A stretch of 64,000 nucleotides of DNA, from the NCBI RefSeq assembly GCF_000281045.1, contig NW_008246070.1, positions 1,038,193-1,102,192 on the forward strand. Reading direction: 5' to 3'. The notes beneath the pieces are model-generated. The model ran no database searches and was not told the origin of the DNA. It saw only the letters and a program-made list of their open reading frames with translations. Position 1 is the stretch's first letter, and each line of letters begins with the position of its first letter. Positions 47,856-59,067 of the stretch are shown piece after piece. Origin of the DNA: Saprolegnia diclina VS20 (Eukaryota). The translations under genes and the position numbers were made by a program.

Positions 47856-48740
47856 GTGGTGGTACCAGGATGCACAGAACGAGCTATTTATTATTGATTG
47901 CCACGACGCAGGATTAACTTATGCCCATAACATGTAAGAAGCACTGTTTATAGTCCACCGGAATCTCCTCCTCCGTAAACACTCCGCCGCACATGCTCAA
48001 GTAGCAATCAGCGCGCATGATGCTTTCTATCGACAGACGCGATCATTGTCGGCAGCCGCCTCGCTCCGACTTCGACGGTTGTAGCAGCGACAGCCCATGC
48101 GTCGAAAAATGCAAAAAATGCAAAAAATCCAATCAAGTTGACGGCCACTCTATTTCGACCAATCGCAGCGCAAGATCACGGGTCGTGCGTTTTGATTGGC
48201 CAAGGTGTGTGTAATGTGGACGAGACTCAGACTTGGAGACAGTGCCACGTACCCAACAATAAGTCGCGCGGTCCTCTGCCGCTGGCGCCAAACGGTCGCT
48301 GGTACCGAGGTCATCGCGGTTATGTGAAGCCTCTCTTGGTAGCGCCCGTCGTCCGAGCGGCTACGCGCTATCGTACCTCGGCCTGCGTGGTGATTTCCTC
48401 GAGTTGATGCGACGTTAAGGTCGGCACGGTACAAATTTCACCTGGGTGGGAGCAGCGTCTGAAATCAGAGTCTTCCGCACACACAGACGCAAAATGAAAT
48501 TGCATGATCCTTCCCCTTCTTTGAAAATAGCAGAATGACGTCGGACGCTCAACGATAGCAACACGTCAAACGTTCGATTCGAGTGCTTCCATATCGCATC
48601 TCGACGTTCGAATTTTGCTATCGTCGCTCTTCTTCTACGGCACCATCGTGGACGGATTGTGCGAAGCGTCGGATGCACTTTACGCGGGTCGTTTTCGAAA
48701 GATCTACCAAAGATCTTATTTCGCCCCACGCGACGCAACG

Positions 48741-50006
48741 ATGCTCCCGGCGACGGCGCTGAGCTGGCAGTCCAACGTCGACATCCCGATGCGCCGCATG
48801 ATGATCCAAAAGCTCCTGTGGCTCTTCCAGCACCAAACGACGTTTGTGCAGGCCATGCCCCCCCTCGACGCCCGCCTCCCGTCGCTTGTGCGCCGCCTCG
48901 AGCTCGCGCTCTACCTGCGTGCCGCGTCTCTCGACGAGTACCTCAACGAGCACTCGGTGCAGCGCCGGGTCCAATCGCTCATTATCGCGCTGCACCACCA
49001 AGCTATCTTGCAGTTTGCGCCGCATCCGAATGCGCCGATCGCCTTTCACATTTCGGCCACAAAGCGGCCGCGCAACGACGGTGACGACGACGACGAGGCT
49101 GTGATGCCGCGCGCCAAGGCCCCGCGCAACCTGCCAAGAACGACGTTTTTGCTCGACAACCACGAAGATGTGCTGCGCAATGTGTTTTCGTTCCTTGACG
49201 GACGCACGATCTTTGCGTGCATGCGCATCAACAGGTACACAGCGACGTTCCTTCCATCATGCGTCCTCTATTTGCATGTTCCCGTGCACCACCTCGATGC
49301 ACTCCTGCGGTCGCGCCAACTACAACACTGCACGCGACTCGAGCGTCTTGATGTCTTTAACGCTACCTCGACCGAGCCGCCGTCGTCTCAATCGAGCGAG
49401 CTCGTCGTCCTACAACTCGCTCGCGCCATGGCGCAGAACGAGCTGCCCAACTTGCGGCGTCTCTCGCTGCACGCAACCTTTGTCAACACGACGGGACGCA
49501 ACGGGACGGCGGCGCTCTGTGCGGCGCTGCCGCAGTGTCCGCTCCTCGAAGAGCTCGTGCTCGGTGGGAATGCCCTCGGCGATTCAGGCGCCAAAGACGT
49601 AGCGAATTGCCTCTTGCGACAGCACTGCCCGCGACTGCGCCTGCTGGACCTCCGTCGCAATTACATTGGCGAGGGCGGTATGAAGGACTTGGCCGTCGCC
49701 CTCGCTACGCAGCGTGCGTCGCTGTTGCGCTGGCTTCTTCTTGGCAGCAACATTGCTTGTGACGGGGCCGTGATGGCGCTGGCACTGGCGCTTGAGAAAG
49801 GCCACATGAAGCAACTCGAGTTCCTTGGCCTCGAAGACAACTTTGTCAACGTTGACGGCATCCACGCACTCGCCACGTCCTTCCGGAAGGGAGCGTGTCC
49901 GGCGCTCAAGGAGCTTTGCATTGGCGACAACATCGTCGAGAACCATATCATTCAGGACGTGTTTGCCTTTGCGTTGCAAAAGAAAGCCAGTAGCAACACC
50001 GGATGA
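48741..50006 (+). CDS. KIX-like + F-box-like + RI-type leucine-rich repeat protein
   Basis: WQSNVDIPMRRMMIQKL...VRRLELALYLRAASLDEY (KIX-like), EDVLRNVFSFLD (F-box-like), then LEELVLGGNALGDSG, LRLLDLRRNYIGEGG and LEFLGLEDNFV (LRR). Confidence 0.8.
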   Translation: MLPATALSWQSNVDIPMRRMMIQKLLWLFQHQTTFVQAMPPLDARLPSLVRRLELALYLRAASLDEYLNEHSVQRRVQSLIIALHHQAILQFAPHPNAPIAFHISATKRPRNDGDDDDEAVMPRAKAPRNLPRTTFLLDNHEDVLRNVFSFLDGRTIFACMRINRYTATFLPSCVLYLHVPVHHLDALLRSRQLQHCTRLERLDVFNATSTEPPSSQSSELVVLQLARAMAQNELPNLRRLSLHATFVNTTGRNGTAALCAALPQCPLLEELVLGGNALGDSGAKDVANCLLRQHCPRLRLLDLRRNYIGEGGMKDLAVALATQRASLLRWLLLGSNIACDGAVMALALALEKGHMKQLEFLGLEDNFVNVDGIHALATSFRKGACPALKELCIGDNIVENHIIQDVFAFALQKKASSNTG

Positions 50007-50058
50007 ATCGTTATAACGAAATGTAATGTCGATGTGATGTGTGACGACCGACGCTGCT

Positions 50059-50625
50059 TCACATGGCGAAATGGCGCTTGAGCCACGCTGCGAGGCCAGT
50101 GGTCGACGAATTGCTGCCAACGGCGTGGTGTGGCGCGAGGCTGCACTCGACGATCCGCGCCTCCAGTGTGGTCCGGTCGGTCGCTGCCACCTCGACGAGG
50201 CTGCCAGCCTCCGTGCTCCCAGAAACATCCAGCGACCGGAGCGAAGGATCAAAAACATGGCGCTTCCAGTCAAAGAGAGCGTCGCACCATGCTTGGGTCG
50301 CGTGGAACGTCGCTGCCGCAAAGAGGTACGTGCGGATCGGGCCTGACGTCGCCTCGTACGGCTCGAGGTCGACCTGGAAGCGGCAGGGCACAAAGCTGCT
50401 ATTCTCACCGTACGGAACGAGCTTGACGCGAAGCTGGTGGTCCGTGAGCGGTATTTCGTAGCGCAGCGCATCGGCGGCGCGGTCAGCAGACGCATAGAGT
50501 TTGAGGAGGCCTTCCTCCAGAGCGCCGTAAACAAGCTCGCCAATCGAGGCGTCTTGCGTGTCGAGGTAGAGCAAGTAGCCTTCCATGATCATGGCATGGC
50601 GGGGCGACCCGAGGAGGCCGGCCAT
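50059..50625 (-). CDS. PH-domain protein
   Basis: IMEGYLLY...VYGALEEGLLKLY...YLFAAATFHATQAWCDAL (PH beta1 and the terminal helix Trp). Confidence 0.8.
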   Translation of the reverse strand: MAGLLGSPRHAMIMEGYLLYLDTQDASIGELVYGALEEGLLKLYASADRAADALRYEIPLTDHQLRVKLVPYGENSSFVPCRFQVDLEPYEATSGPIRTYLFAAATFHATQAWCDALFDWKRHVFDPSLRSLDVSGSTEAGSLVEVAATDRTTLEARIVECSLAPHHAVGSNSSTTGLAAWLKRHFAM

Positions 50626-51776
50626 GGGATCTTTCGATTTTTTGGCGACCGCAATATTTTGAAGCGGCTTCTCTCCAACTCGAGAAATGTATTCGCGAGA
50701 AAAATATCGCCGCTCCCGCAACTGCAAGTACTGTCTCATCCGGATACAACAATGAGGAGGCGCGTCAAGCTGCCACGTCATGAGATAGGGATGGCGTCGC
50801 GCACACCGGTGCTTCTAGTCGCCGCGATAGCAAACATTCACCTTACCGCAAGTCGCACTGACATCAATATACCAATATCGACGCTGGGCTATAGCAGCAC
50901 AAAGCTCCCCTACAGTGGCGTAGCACGTCAACTGCCGATGGCACGGTTGCGGGAGGGACTTGACATTATGCACATCAAGGACGTACGCTTGACTTGCGTG
51001 ACGTGTGAGATTCGAGCTTCGGAGCGGTGGTTCTCGAATTATCGTAGCGACGACGACGACGATCAAGAGAACGTGGCAAAAGCCCGCAGGTCAAAAATTG
51101 ATATCAGAGTCGCCTCACAATCGTTGGTCTTTTCGTACAGAGCGTGGGTTGGCTTGTCCTTGCGTCGCAGATTCTGCCTCCTACACTACCGAGAAGGATG
51201 CCACACCACTGGGGGCAATCAACAACCAACACCGCCTCTGAGAAGACTGCGCGCATTGAAGCCCGGACGTTCGATATCCGGATAGCGCGTGCGGTCGCTG
51301 GCGTATGCGGATGAGACGTCGGATTTGGGTGTGGAATCGTCATCATGGCCAGCAACCGCCGGGCTCGTCCACGGGTCCGTGCGCCTGGCCGATTGCATGC
51401 ACTTCACGCAGCACTCTACGGAAGCATGGGATTATGATAGTATGCATCGAACGATGGCCCGCCCCGGCGCCGAGTGGGAGCTTCCACGAGAGGAGGCCAG
51501 GGCCGACGTCGCCCGGACCAGTAATCGCCGGCTGGCACCGACGCTTCAAACCCGTTCTGTCCTTTGTTTGGTTGCATGTGAGCGTCCGACACTGTGGCGC
51601 CACGCTGTTGGCTAAAGCAGAGGTCGTGTTTGTGACGTTGTGACAGCAGCTACTTGACGACGACGACGAATGGCGTTGCGGCTCTCGGAAGACCACACGA
51701 CGCATCATGTATGTACAGGCAAAGGATCTTGCGATTTAACTTAGGACGAGATAAATTACACGGGGCTGGATGGGCA

Positions 51777-52286
51777 TCAGGCTTGCATGTGCAGGGTCGT
51801 CTCTGGCGTCAACGTCGGGTCGGATAGACAGCGGCGCTTGGCGCGCTCGTGGCTCGCTTGGAGCTTGCGTTTCCGGCGCAAGGCCGTGAGCTCCTCGGTC
51901 GTCTCCATGCGCGACTTGCGCACATCGATGGCTTCGAGGCAGAACGCCGCGATCTCGCGCACGTCGTACTCGGCGTCCTTGAGGAGGGCAATGCGCTCGA
52001 GGTGGTCGAACTTGCGCACGCGGCCCGCGCTCGTGCGGGGCATGTCGTTGATGCACGACGTCGTCGCGGCAAAGTGCGTTGGCGCGAGTCCAATGGGCGG
52101 TCCACTCTCTTTCGGGAGCGAGCTACCGCCGTACGCAACGTCAAACACGTACGTCGTGGCGGTCGTGAACGCGACGCGCTTGGGCGGGCGCGCGCTGAGG
52201 AGGCGCTCGACCGCAAGGAGCATGCAGGCCATCGAGTCGTCGGCGAGGTCGGCGCGCGGGCAGTCGACGCACGGAAGCACTTGCAT
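51777..52286 (-). CDS. CSRNP-N-like small protein, paralog 6
   Basis: KRVAFTTATTYVFDVAYGGSSLPKESGPPIGLA...RVRKFDHLERIALLK...FCLEAIDVRKSR. Confidence 0.87.
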   Translation of the reverse strand: MQVLPCVDCPRADLADDSMACMLLAVERLLSARPPKRVAFTTATTYVFDVAYGGSSLPKESGPPIGLAPTHFAATTSCINDMPRTSAGRVRKFDHLERIALLKDAEYDVREIAAFCLEAIDVRKSRMETTEELTALRRKRKLQASHERAKRRCLSDPTLTPETTLHMQA

Positions 52287-52920
52287 GGCTTGCTGAAGGC
52301 TGCGGGCTCGAAAGAAACTGGTTGCCCTGCGGCGTTCGCTCCTGGTTTTGGTCAACAAAGACCTGGGGTTTGACGGGATGTCATGTTGAAATCTTGCTAC
52401 ATTTTATACATTGCCATACAAAGCGCAAGTTAAAAGCAATAAAGAATAAAAATGCGCGGGAGGGCAGACCCGGCACGCTGGTGCTTTCGATAGAAATTGA
52501 GCTCAGGCGACGGGCCAATCAAACGGCCGCGGGCTTTGGCGCTTGGCGAGTCTGGCGAGAACCAGTCGTGCACTGCGCACGTCGCGCCCATGACCAGAAG
52601 CCAGCACTCACCGACTGCGATCTTGTGGCGGGCGTACCGTATGTGGACGCTCGCGTTGCGTTGGCGTTAAAAGTACGGTGGGTAGGGACACGCTGCCGTG
52701 TCTTTGCACCTGTGGTAGGAGCACGAACTCGTCCGACGCGCAGTCTGCGAGCGACCTTGCTCAATTAGGCCAGCCCAGCATCGAGGGCGTTCGTTTGTCG
52801 AGTCTGGTACGCACGCACTCCGCGCAAGAGCATAAAAGGTGGTGCGTGGGGAGCCATGTTAATGGTTGTTGAGAAGGAATAAATACTCTATAGTGTACAA
52901 GACAGGACACGTCGTGAGCG

Positions 52921-53439
52921 TCAGCAATTGCTCTCGTCGTCGCCGTCGTCGTCGTCATCCGAGTCGTCGCGCCATGGGCATAGCCGCCGCCGCTTCGCCA
53001 ACGTCTCGCGCGACGCGATTTGTTGCTTGCGCTTTCGGTGCGAGGCGACGCTGACCGCGCGCGAGTTGCGGATTTCCATCGCCTCCAGGCAAAACACCGC
53101 AATGTCTTGAACGTGGCACCCGGCTCTTTTCAGCAGCGCAATACGCTCCAAATGTTCAAACTTGCGGACCGTCTTGGCGGACGCATTGCTGTCGTCGTCG
53201 TCGCTCGGCTCGCGCAAATCGATTGTTGTCGACGACGAATGCACGCGTGCAAGACCAATGGGCGGTCCGGAGCTGGACGGGATCGCACTGCCGCCGTAGC
53301 CAACTTCAAATTCGTACGTCGTGGCGACAGCAAACGCGACACGCTTCCCAACAAATGCACCGAGGTCGCACTCGACATGCACTGGTGATGCTGTCGCTGC
53401 AGCACATGGTCGCGCCAAGGTGGAGAGTCGAGCGGCCAT
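52921..53439 (-). CDS. CSRNP-N-like small protein, paralog 7
   Basis: KRVAFAVATTYEFEVGYGGSAIPSSSGPPIGLA...VRKFEHLERIALLK...FCLEAMEIRNSR. Confidence 0.85.
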   Translation of the reverse strand: MAARLSTLARPCAAATASPVHVECDLGAFVGKRVAFAVATTYEFEVGYGGSAIPSSSGPPIGLARVHSSSTTIDLREPSDDDDSNASAKTVRKFEHLERIALLKRAGCHVQDIAVFCLEAMEIRNSRAVSVASHRKRKQQIASRETLAKRRRLCPWRDDSDDDDDGDDESNC

Positions 53440-54534
53440 CGCAGCGGGGTCGACGTGCTCCGGCGTACTTTCGTAAGTGGCACCCGTTTCCGTAGCAACA
53501 TACAAAAAACAACATCTGGCTGGAAATGACGGTGGTCAGCATCGCGCAGCATGTCATTGTCTTTTTGCCTTGACTTTAGTATAGAAAGAGGAGGGGTGGC
53601 TGGTCGCAGTGTAGATTAGAAACACCCAACCACGACATTGTTTGTTGGGTGGCGGATGTGCAGCCTTTGGCGATGCTACAGTCCATGGACAATGCTGCGA
53701 GACGCACAAGTCACTCTGTAGGACTTCCCTTGTTGCGTCCATTGCCACGATCATGCGCTGAGTCGTCTGGACGTGGCCCATACAGAGAGTGGGACTAACG
53801 TATCCTCGCGGCTGCAGTTGCGTGATTTCAGTACCTGCAAGGTTCAACATGGTTGGCCGTTTCAGCGCCGCCATTTTGGCCAATAAGATCGCATGGTCGT
53901 GCCGATCGCGAGCACCATTTTTAGTCGCGGCCCGGAGCGTTCCCGGAACGAGCACATTTTTATGGTGTTTTGTGACGTTATAAAATCAAGGCACATACAA
54001 GTCGCAAGTGCAGATCCCCCCTTCTGTCAATGAATTGCGTCGGAAATGGCCTTTTAAAAAGGACGTTGGGATTGTTCACATGAGAACCTCCGCGTGTGTA
54101 CTGTGTACTTCAACCTGGCGCAGAGGCGAGACTCTGCCTTCCAAGCGCGCGTTGGCGAAAGGTATTTGCCGCAATGCGAGCACGACTGCGGCCAAGATTC
54201 CGATACGTGTGGATCGGCTGAAGTGGGAGCACGAGCGGTTCACCACAAGCGAATCGCAAATTGGATGACCGCCAAAGATACCGACGGCGTGGTCTGGGAC
54301 ACGGCGCGCCTGCGTGGCACCCAAGACGGCCGGAACCACTGGCCGCCGATTAGATCGTCGTCGGCCGGGTCCTCTGTTTTTACGCCAATCATTGGCGAAA
54401 CGCGCGGTAGACTGTAACGATTTGAGCCAATCCACGTTGCATAAACACATTCGGGGCATGTGATTGGCTATAAAGCAGAAATTGCTTGCGTTGCGCACGA
54501 CGGTGTCAATGTTCGATTTGGCCGACAAGTCACC

Positions 54535-56167
54535 ATGGCGAAGCTCCTGACCCGCTGGCAGACGCCCAAGAAGAGGTCCCCGAAGCAGCTCGAGGAGGAC
54601 CTCCTGCGCGAGCGCCTCGAGCAGCTGCGAATGGAGCACCTTAACATCCTGTCGCCGCCCGACGAGAAGGCCAAGAAGGGCCGCTTTACGCTCTTCTCGA
54701 AGGACGAGCCAGAGCCGATGCTCGAGCGCCGCCGCAGCACGAGCGTTACGGCGCCGGCCTTCATCAAGAACGCTTTCCGCTCGTCGTCTGTTGGCAACAA
54801 CCCTGACGACTCCTCGCACCTCGAAGGCCATGACGACGAGGCGACGCTGGACATGCTGCACGCCGACCGCCGTCGCAGCGCGAGCCTGTCGTCGAGCTTC
54901 TTGAAGAACCCGTTTCGGTCCAACTCGATCCCATCGTCTCTTCCGTCGACGGCCGACGAGGACGATGACCTGTCAACGTTTCCGATCGAGCAAAGCACAG
55001 TCGACGAAGACCCGACCATGGAGCGCCGGCGTGGCCTCTCGACGTCGTTTTTGAAAAACCCATTTCGCTTGTCGTCGCCTGAAGACACGGACGACAACTC
55101 GTCAACGTCGTCGCACCCGAGTACGCTCACATCGACGCTCAAGAAGGTCTCGCGCTCCTTCTCGCGGGCCATGTCCAAGTACGAGCGTTATTTGCACCTG
55201 ACGCCTTTCTCATCGCGTTTATAGGAACCTCGACGTCGTCATCCCGGGCGGCCGGTATGTCGGCGAGTCGGTGCACACGGCGGCCGGCGCCGGCGTCGTG
55301 ACCGAAGTCAAGCCTGACGGCAGCGCGGTCGTGCGGCTCTGCAACACCAACATCGTCAACTGCTCGTGCGTCATTGTCGAAGCCGATGGCGAGATCGAGC
55401 CGCTCTCTGCCTTGCCCGGCGACTTTGTACGACGGACGAATGCTGTCGTGTCTATGCAACTCACAAGGAACGCGTTAGGTCTTTACGCACCTCGGGCCTG
55501 GCACGGTGCTGTCGTACGACCCCAAGCTGCGCGAGTTTCAAGTGGACATTGCCGAGGAGACGCATGCGATCGCCCCGAGCGACATCATTGCGTCGAGCGA
55601 AGCCAACGCGGACGACGGCGACTTCGAAGCGGCTCCTACGGTACGCATCGCAGCTGGTGGGTCGCGCCGCTTATACATGTACATTCCAGGAGGTGTCAGG
55701 TCGAGCCAAGTCGACGACAAACGTGGCGCTTGAGTTTGCGTTGCGCGCCTCCAAGTACCTCAAGCCCTCGACGACGACCACACGCTTCAAGTACGCGGTG
55801 GGCCAAACCGTCTTGACGACGTTTGGCGATGGCACGATCCTCGAGGTCCACTCCGTCGCGATACGACGGCGCGCATCTCACACGGGTGCTGTAGATCCGC
55901 CCGTGCGACCACACCTACGTCGTCCAGTTTGCTGCCCTGAGCATCGGGTACGTTCAGGAAGACGCGGTGAAGGGGCTGCTCAAAGCCAAGACGGGCGACG
56001 CAGTCTCGACGCGCTTTGGCACGGGCGTTGTGGCCAGCGTCGTGGACGAGAACGTCTTCATCGTGCGCGTTGGCCACGAAGACATGTACGTGCATGCGAC
56101 CGACCTCACGCTGGCCAAGACCAAGACGTCGCCGTGGAGTCTGCGCAAGAAGGCGCCCGCATCATAG
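54535..56167 (+). CDS. Protein with a Ser-rich repeat region and four SH3/KOW-like G.xV.T.xG.G.V repeats, multi-exon
   Basis: Splice AA|G joins exon 1 to VGESVHTAAGAGVV; further repeats are PGDF|VFTHLGPGTV, VGQTVLTTFGDGTI and TGDAVSTRFGTGVV. Confidence 0.7.
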
Positions 56168-56311
56168 ATGGCCGCATCTTCTTTCTATCTAGTAGTATAT
56201 ATAGTCCCGTGCGTTCATCATCGTCTTCGTTGTCTTTGTTGGCTTTTTCGTTATAAGTAGGAGGAAAGGAGGATGGAGTGGACGACATGAGGTGGACGCA
56301 GCAGCAGCAGT

Positions 56312-56974
56312 CTACTTCTTGGCAAAGCTCACCTTGAGGCGCTCGTTGGGCGTGAGCTTGAAGCCGTTGAGACCTTGCAGCGCAATCGCAGCCTGTGCGT
56401 CGTCCGTGTACTCGACGAACGCAAGCCCCTTCTTGCCCGGCACCATGCGCACCTCCTTGAAGCCGTGGTACTGCTTGAAGAGCATCGCGAGCGCCTCGTC
56501 GTTGCACGCCTCGGGCACGTCTTGCAAAAAGAGAATCTTGTGCGGCAGAACCGGCCCCGAGTTGGACGAGCCACCACCCGCCTTGGGTGCCTTGTGCGTC
56601 TGTGCAGGTTTCTCCTTCTTCTCCTTCTTCTCTTCGCGCTTTCGCTTCTCACGCGGCTTGGCGTTCGGCTCGCGCTGCGCAATGAGGTCATTCTTCTCGC
56701 GGGCGAACTGTACGTTCATGGCCTTCCCGAAATGCATGGTGCCATCGAGCGCGCGCAGGGCCAAGCTGGCCGCGTTCACGTCTTCGAAGGTGACCCATGC
56801 CTGGCCGCGTAGCCGATGGGCCTTCATGAGCAGCACCTGGAGAACCTTGCCATGCGCCGAGAAGAGGCCGTAGAGCGACTCCTTCATGCGCGGCTCCTTG
56901 ATCTTGTCATCGAGGTTGCGCACGTACAGCGTCTCGTTCGGGAGCGCGGCTTCGTTCGGTCGGGCCTCCGCCAT
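56312..56974 (-). CDS. U1A/U2B''-family snRNP protein (two RRMs)
   Basis: PNETLYVRNLDDKIK...RLRGQAWVTF; second RRM PHKILFLQDVP...GFKEVRMVPGKKGLAFVEY. Confidence 0.93.
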   Translation of the reverse strand: MAEARPNEAALPNETLYVRNLDDKIKEPRMKESLYGLFSAHGKVLQVLLMKAHRLRGQAWVTFEDVNAASLALRALDGTMHFGKAMNVQFAREKNDLIAQREPNAKPREKRKREEKKEKKEKPAQTHKAPKAGGGSSNSGPVLPHKILFLQDVPEACNDEALAMLFKQYHGFKEVRMVPGKKGLAFVEYTDDAQAAIALQGLNGFKLTPNERLKVSFAKK

Positions 56975-57421
56975 CGTGCAATATATGAGTGGAATGGCCC
57001 GTGGGAAGCTTCGTGTTTGTATACCACATACTCCAGCACAGTGTTTTACGAAAGCAGCCACAAATCCGCTCAAGTACGCGTGTCTTAAACACGATCGTCT
57101 CGCTTAAGTGCGGTTTTGCGATCTTCCAAAAGACACCCAACGTGGCAACGCAGTAGACGTAGTGGATCCAAGAACTTAGTGGTACCTTATACCTAAGCTT
57201 ATACCAAGCTCGACCGTGCAATGTCATCCCTCGGACGAAGAGCGATACGACGACGCAGCTGTCCACCACGATGTGTCAAACGGTCCGCCGACATGACTCT
57301 GCCACGCACGTCAGCAGTGCCATTTCGCCAGGTTTGCAGGTTTGTTGGTCCGTGATCGTGTTGAAGGAGAACCCTATCCGTACGCATGCGCGCTCATACA
57401 CAGTATACATAGTACTCTTGA

Positions 57422-58493
<1,072 letters not shown>

Positions 58494-59067
58494 CGCGCGG
58501 GAGATGATGGCGAGATGGAAAGAAGATCTATCGAATGCAGCTACACTTTCGCGCAACCAGTATTGTGGGAAAGGCCACCTTGTCCATTTTCCGAGCTCGC
58601 TCAAAGCTGTAGCGGTCTCATCAATGCGATTTCATTCACCACACTATTGGATACAGTCGCTTACCCAGGTGCACCTACATGTAGTCACCGCACCAGAAGT
58701 TCGCACGTCTCGACACCTCGCCACGTCGATACTCGTCCTGGATCTCAGATAGGATGGATCGTCTATCAGGCTGCCGCTCCCAGCCATGCAGGCGTCTCCT
58801 GAGATCGCGCCGAGATGGCGCCAACGCCGCGGCTGGGTTCGCCAAAGTGCCGAACCTTCCTCGAAGCTTCCTCGCGTCCAGTTCGGATTCAGGATCTCGT
58901 CCACCCAATACAACGCGAGGTATACTTTCGGAGGTATTAAAATACCTTTAAAAAATGCTGTAATTTTATTTCAACGTCCAATCGGCGTGTCGCAGGCCGG
59001 CAGTAGACAGTGCAACTGTCGCGACGGCCAGTTGGCCTCGCATTTCCCATTCAGTCGGCCGCCTCGG

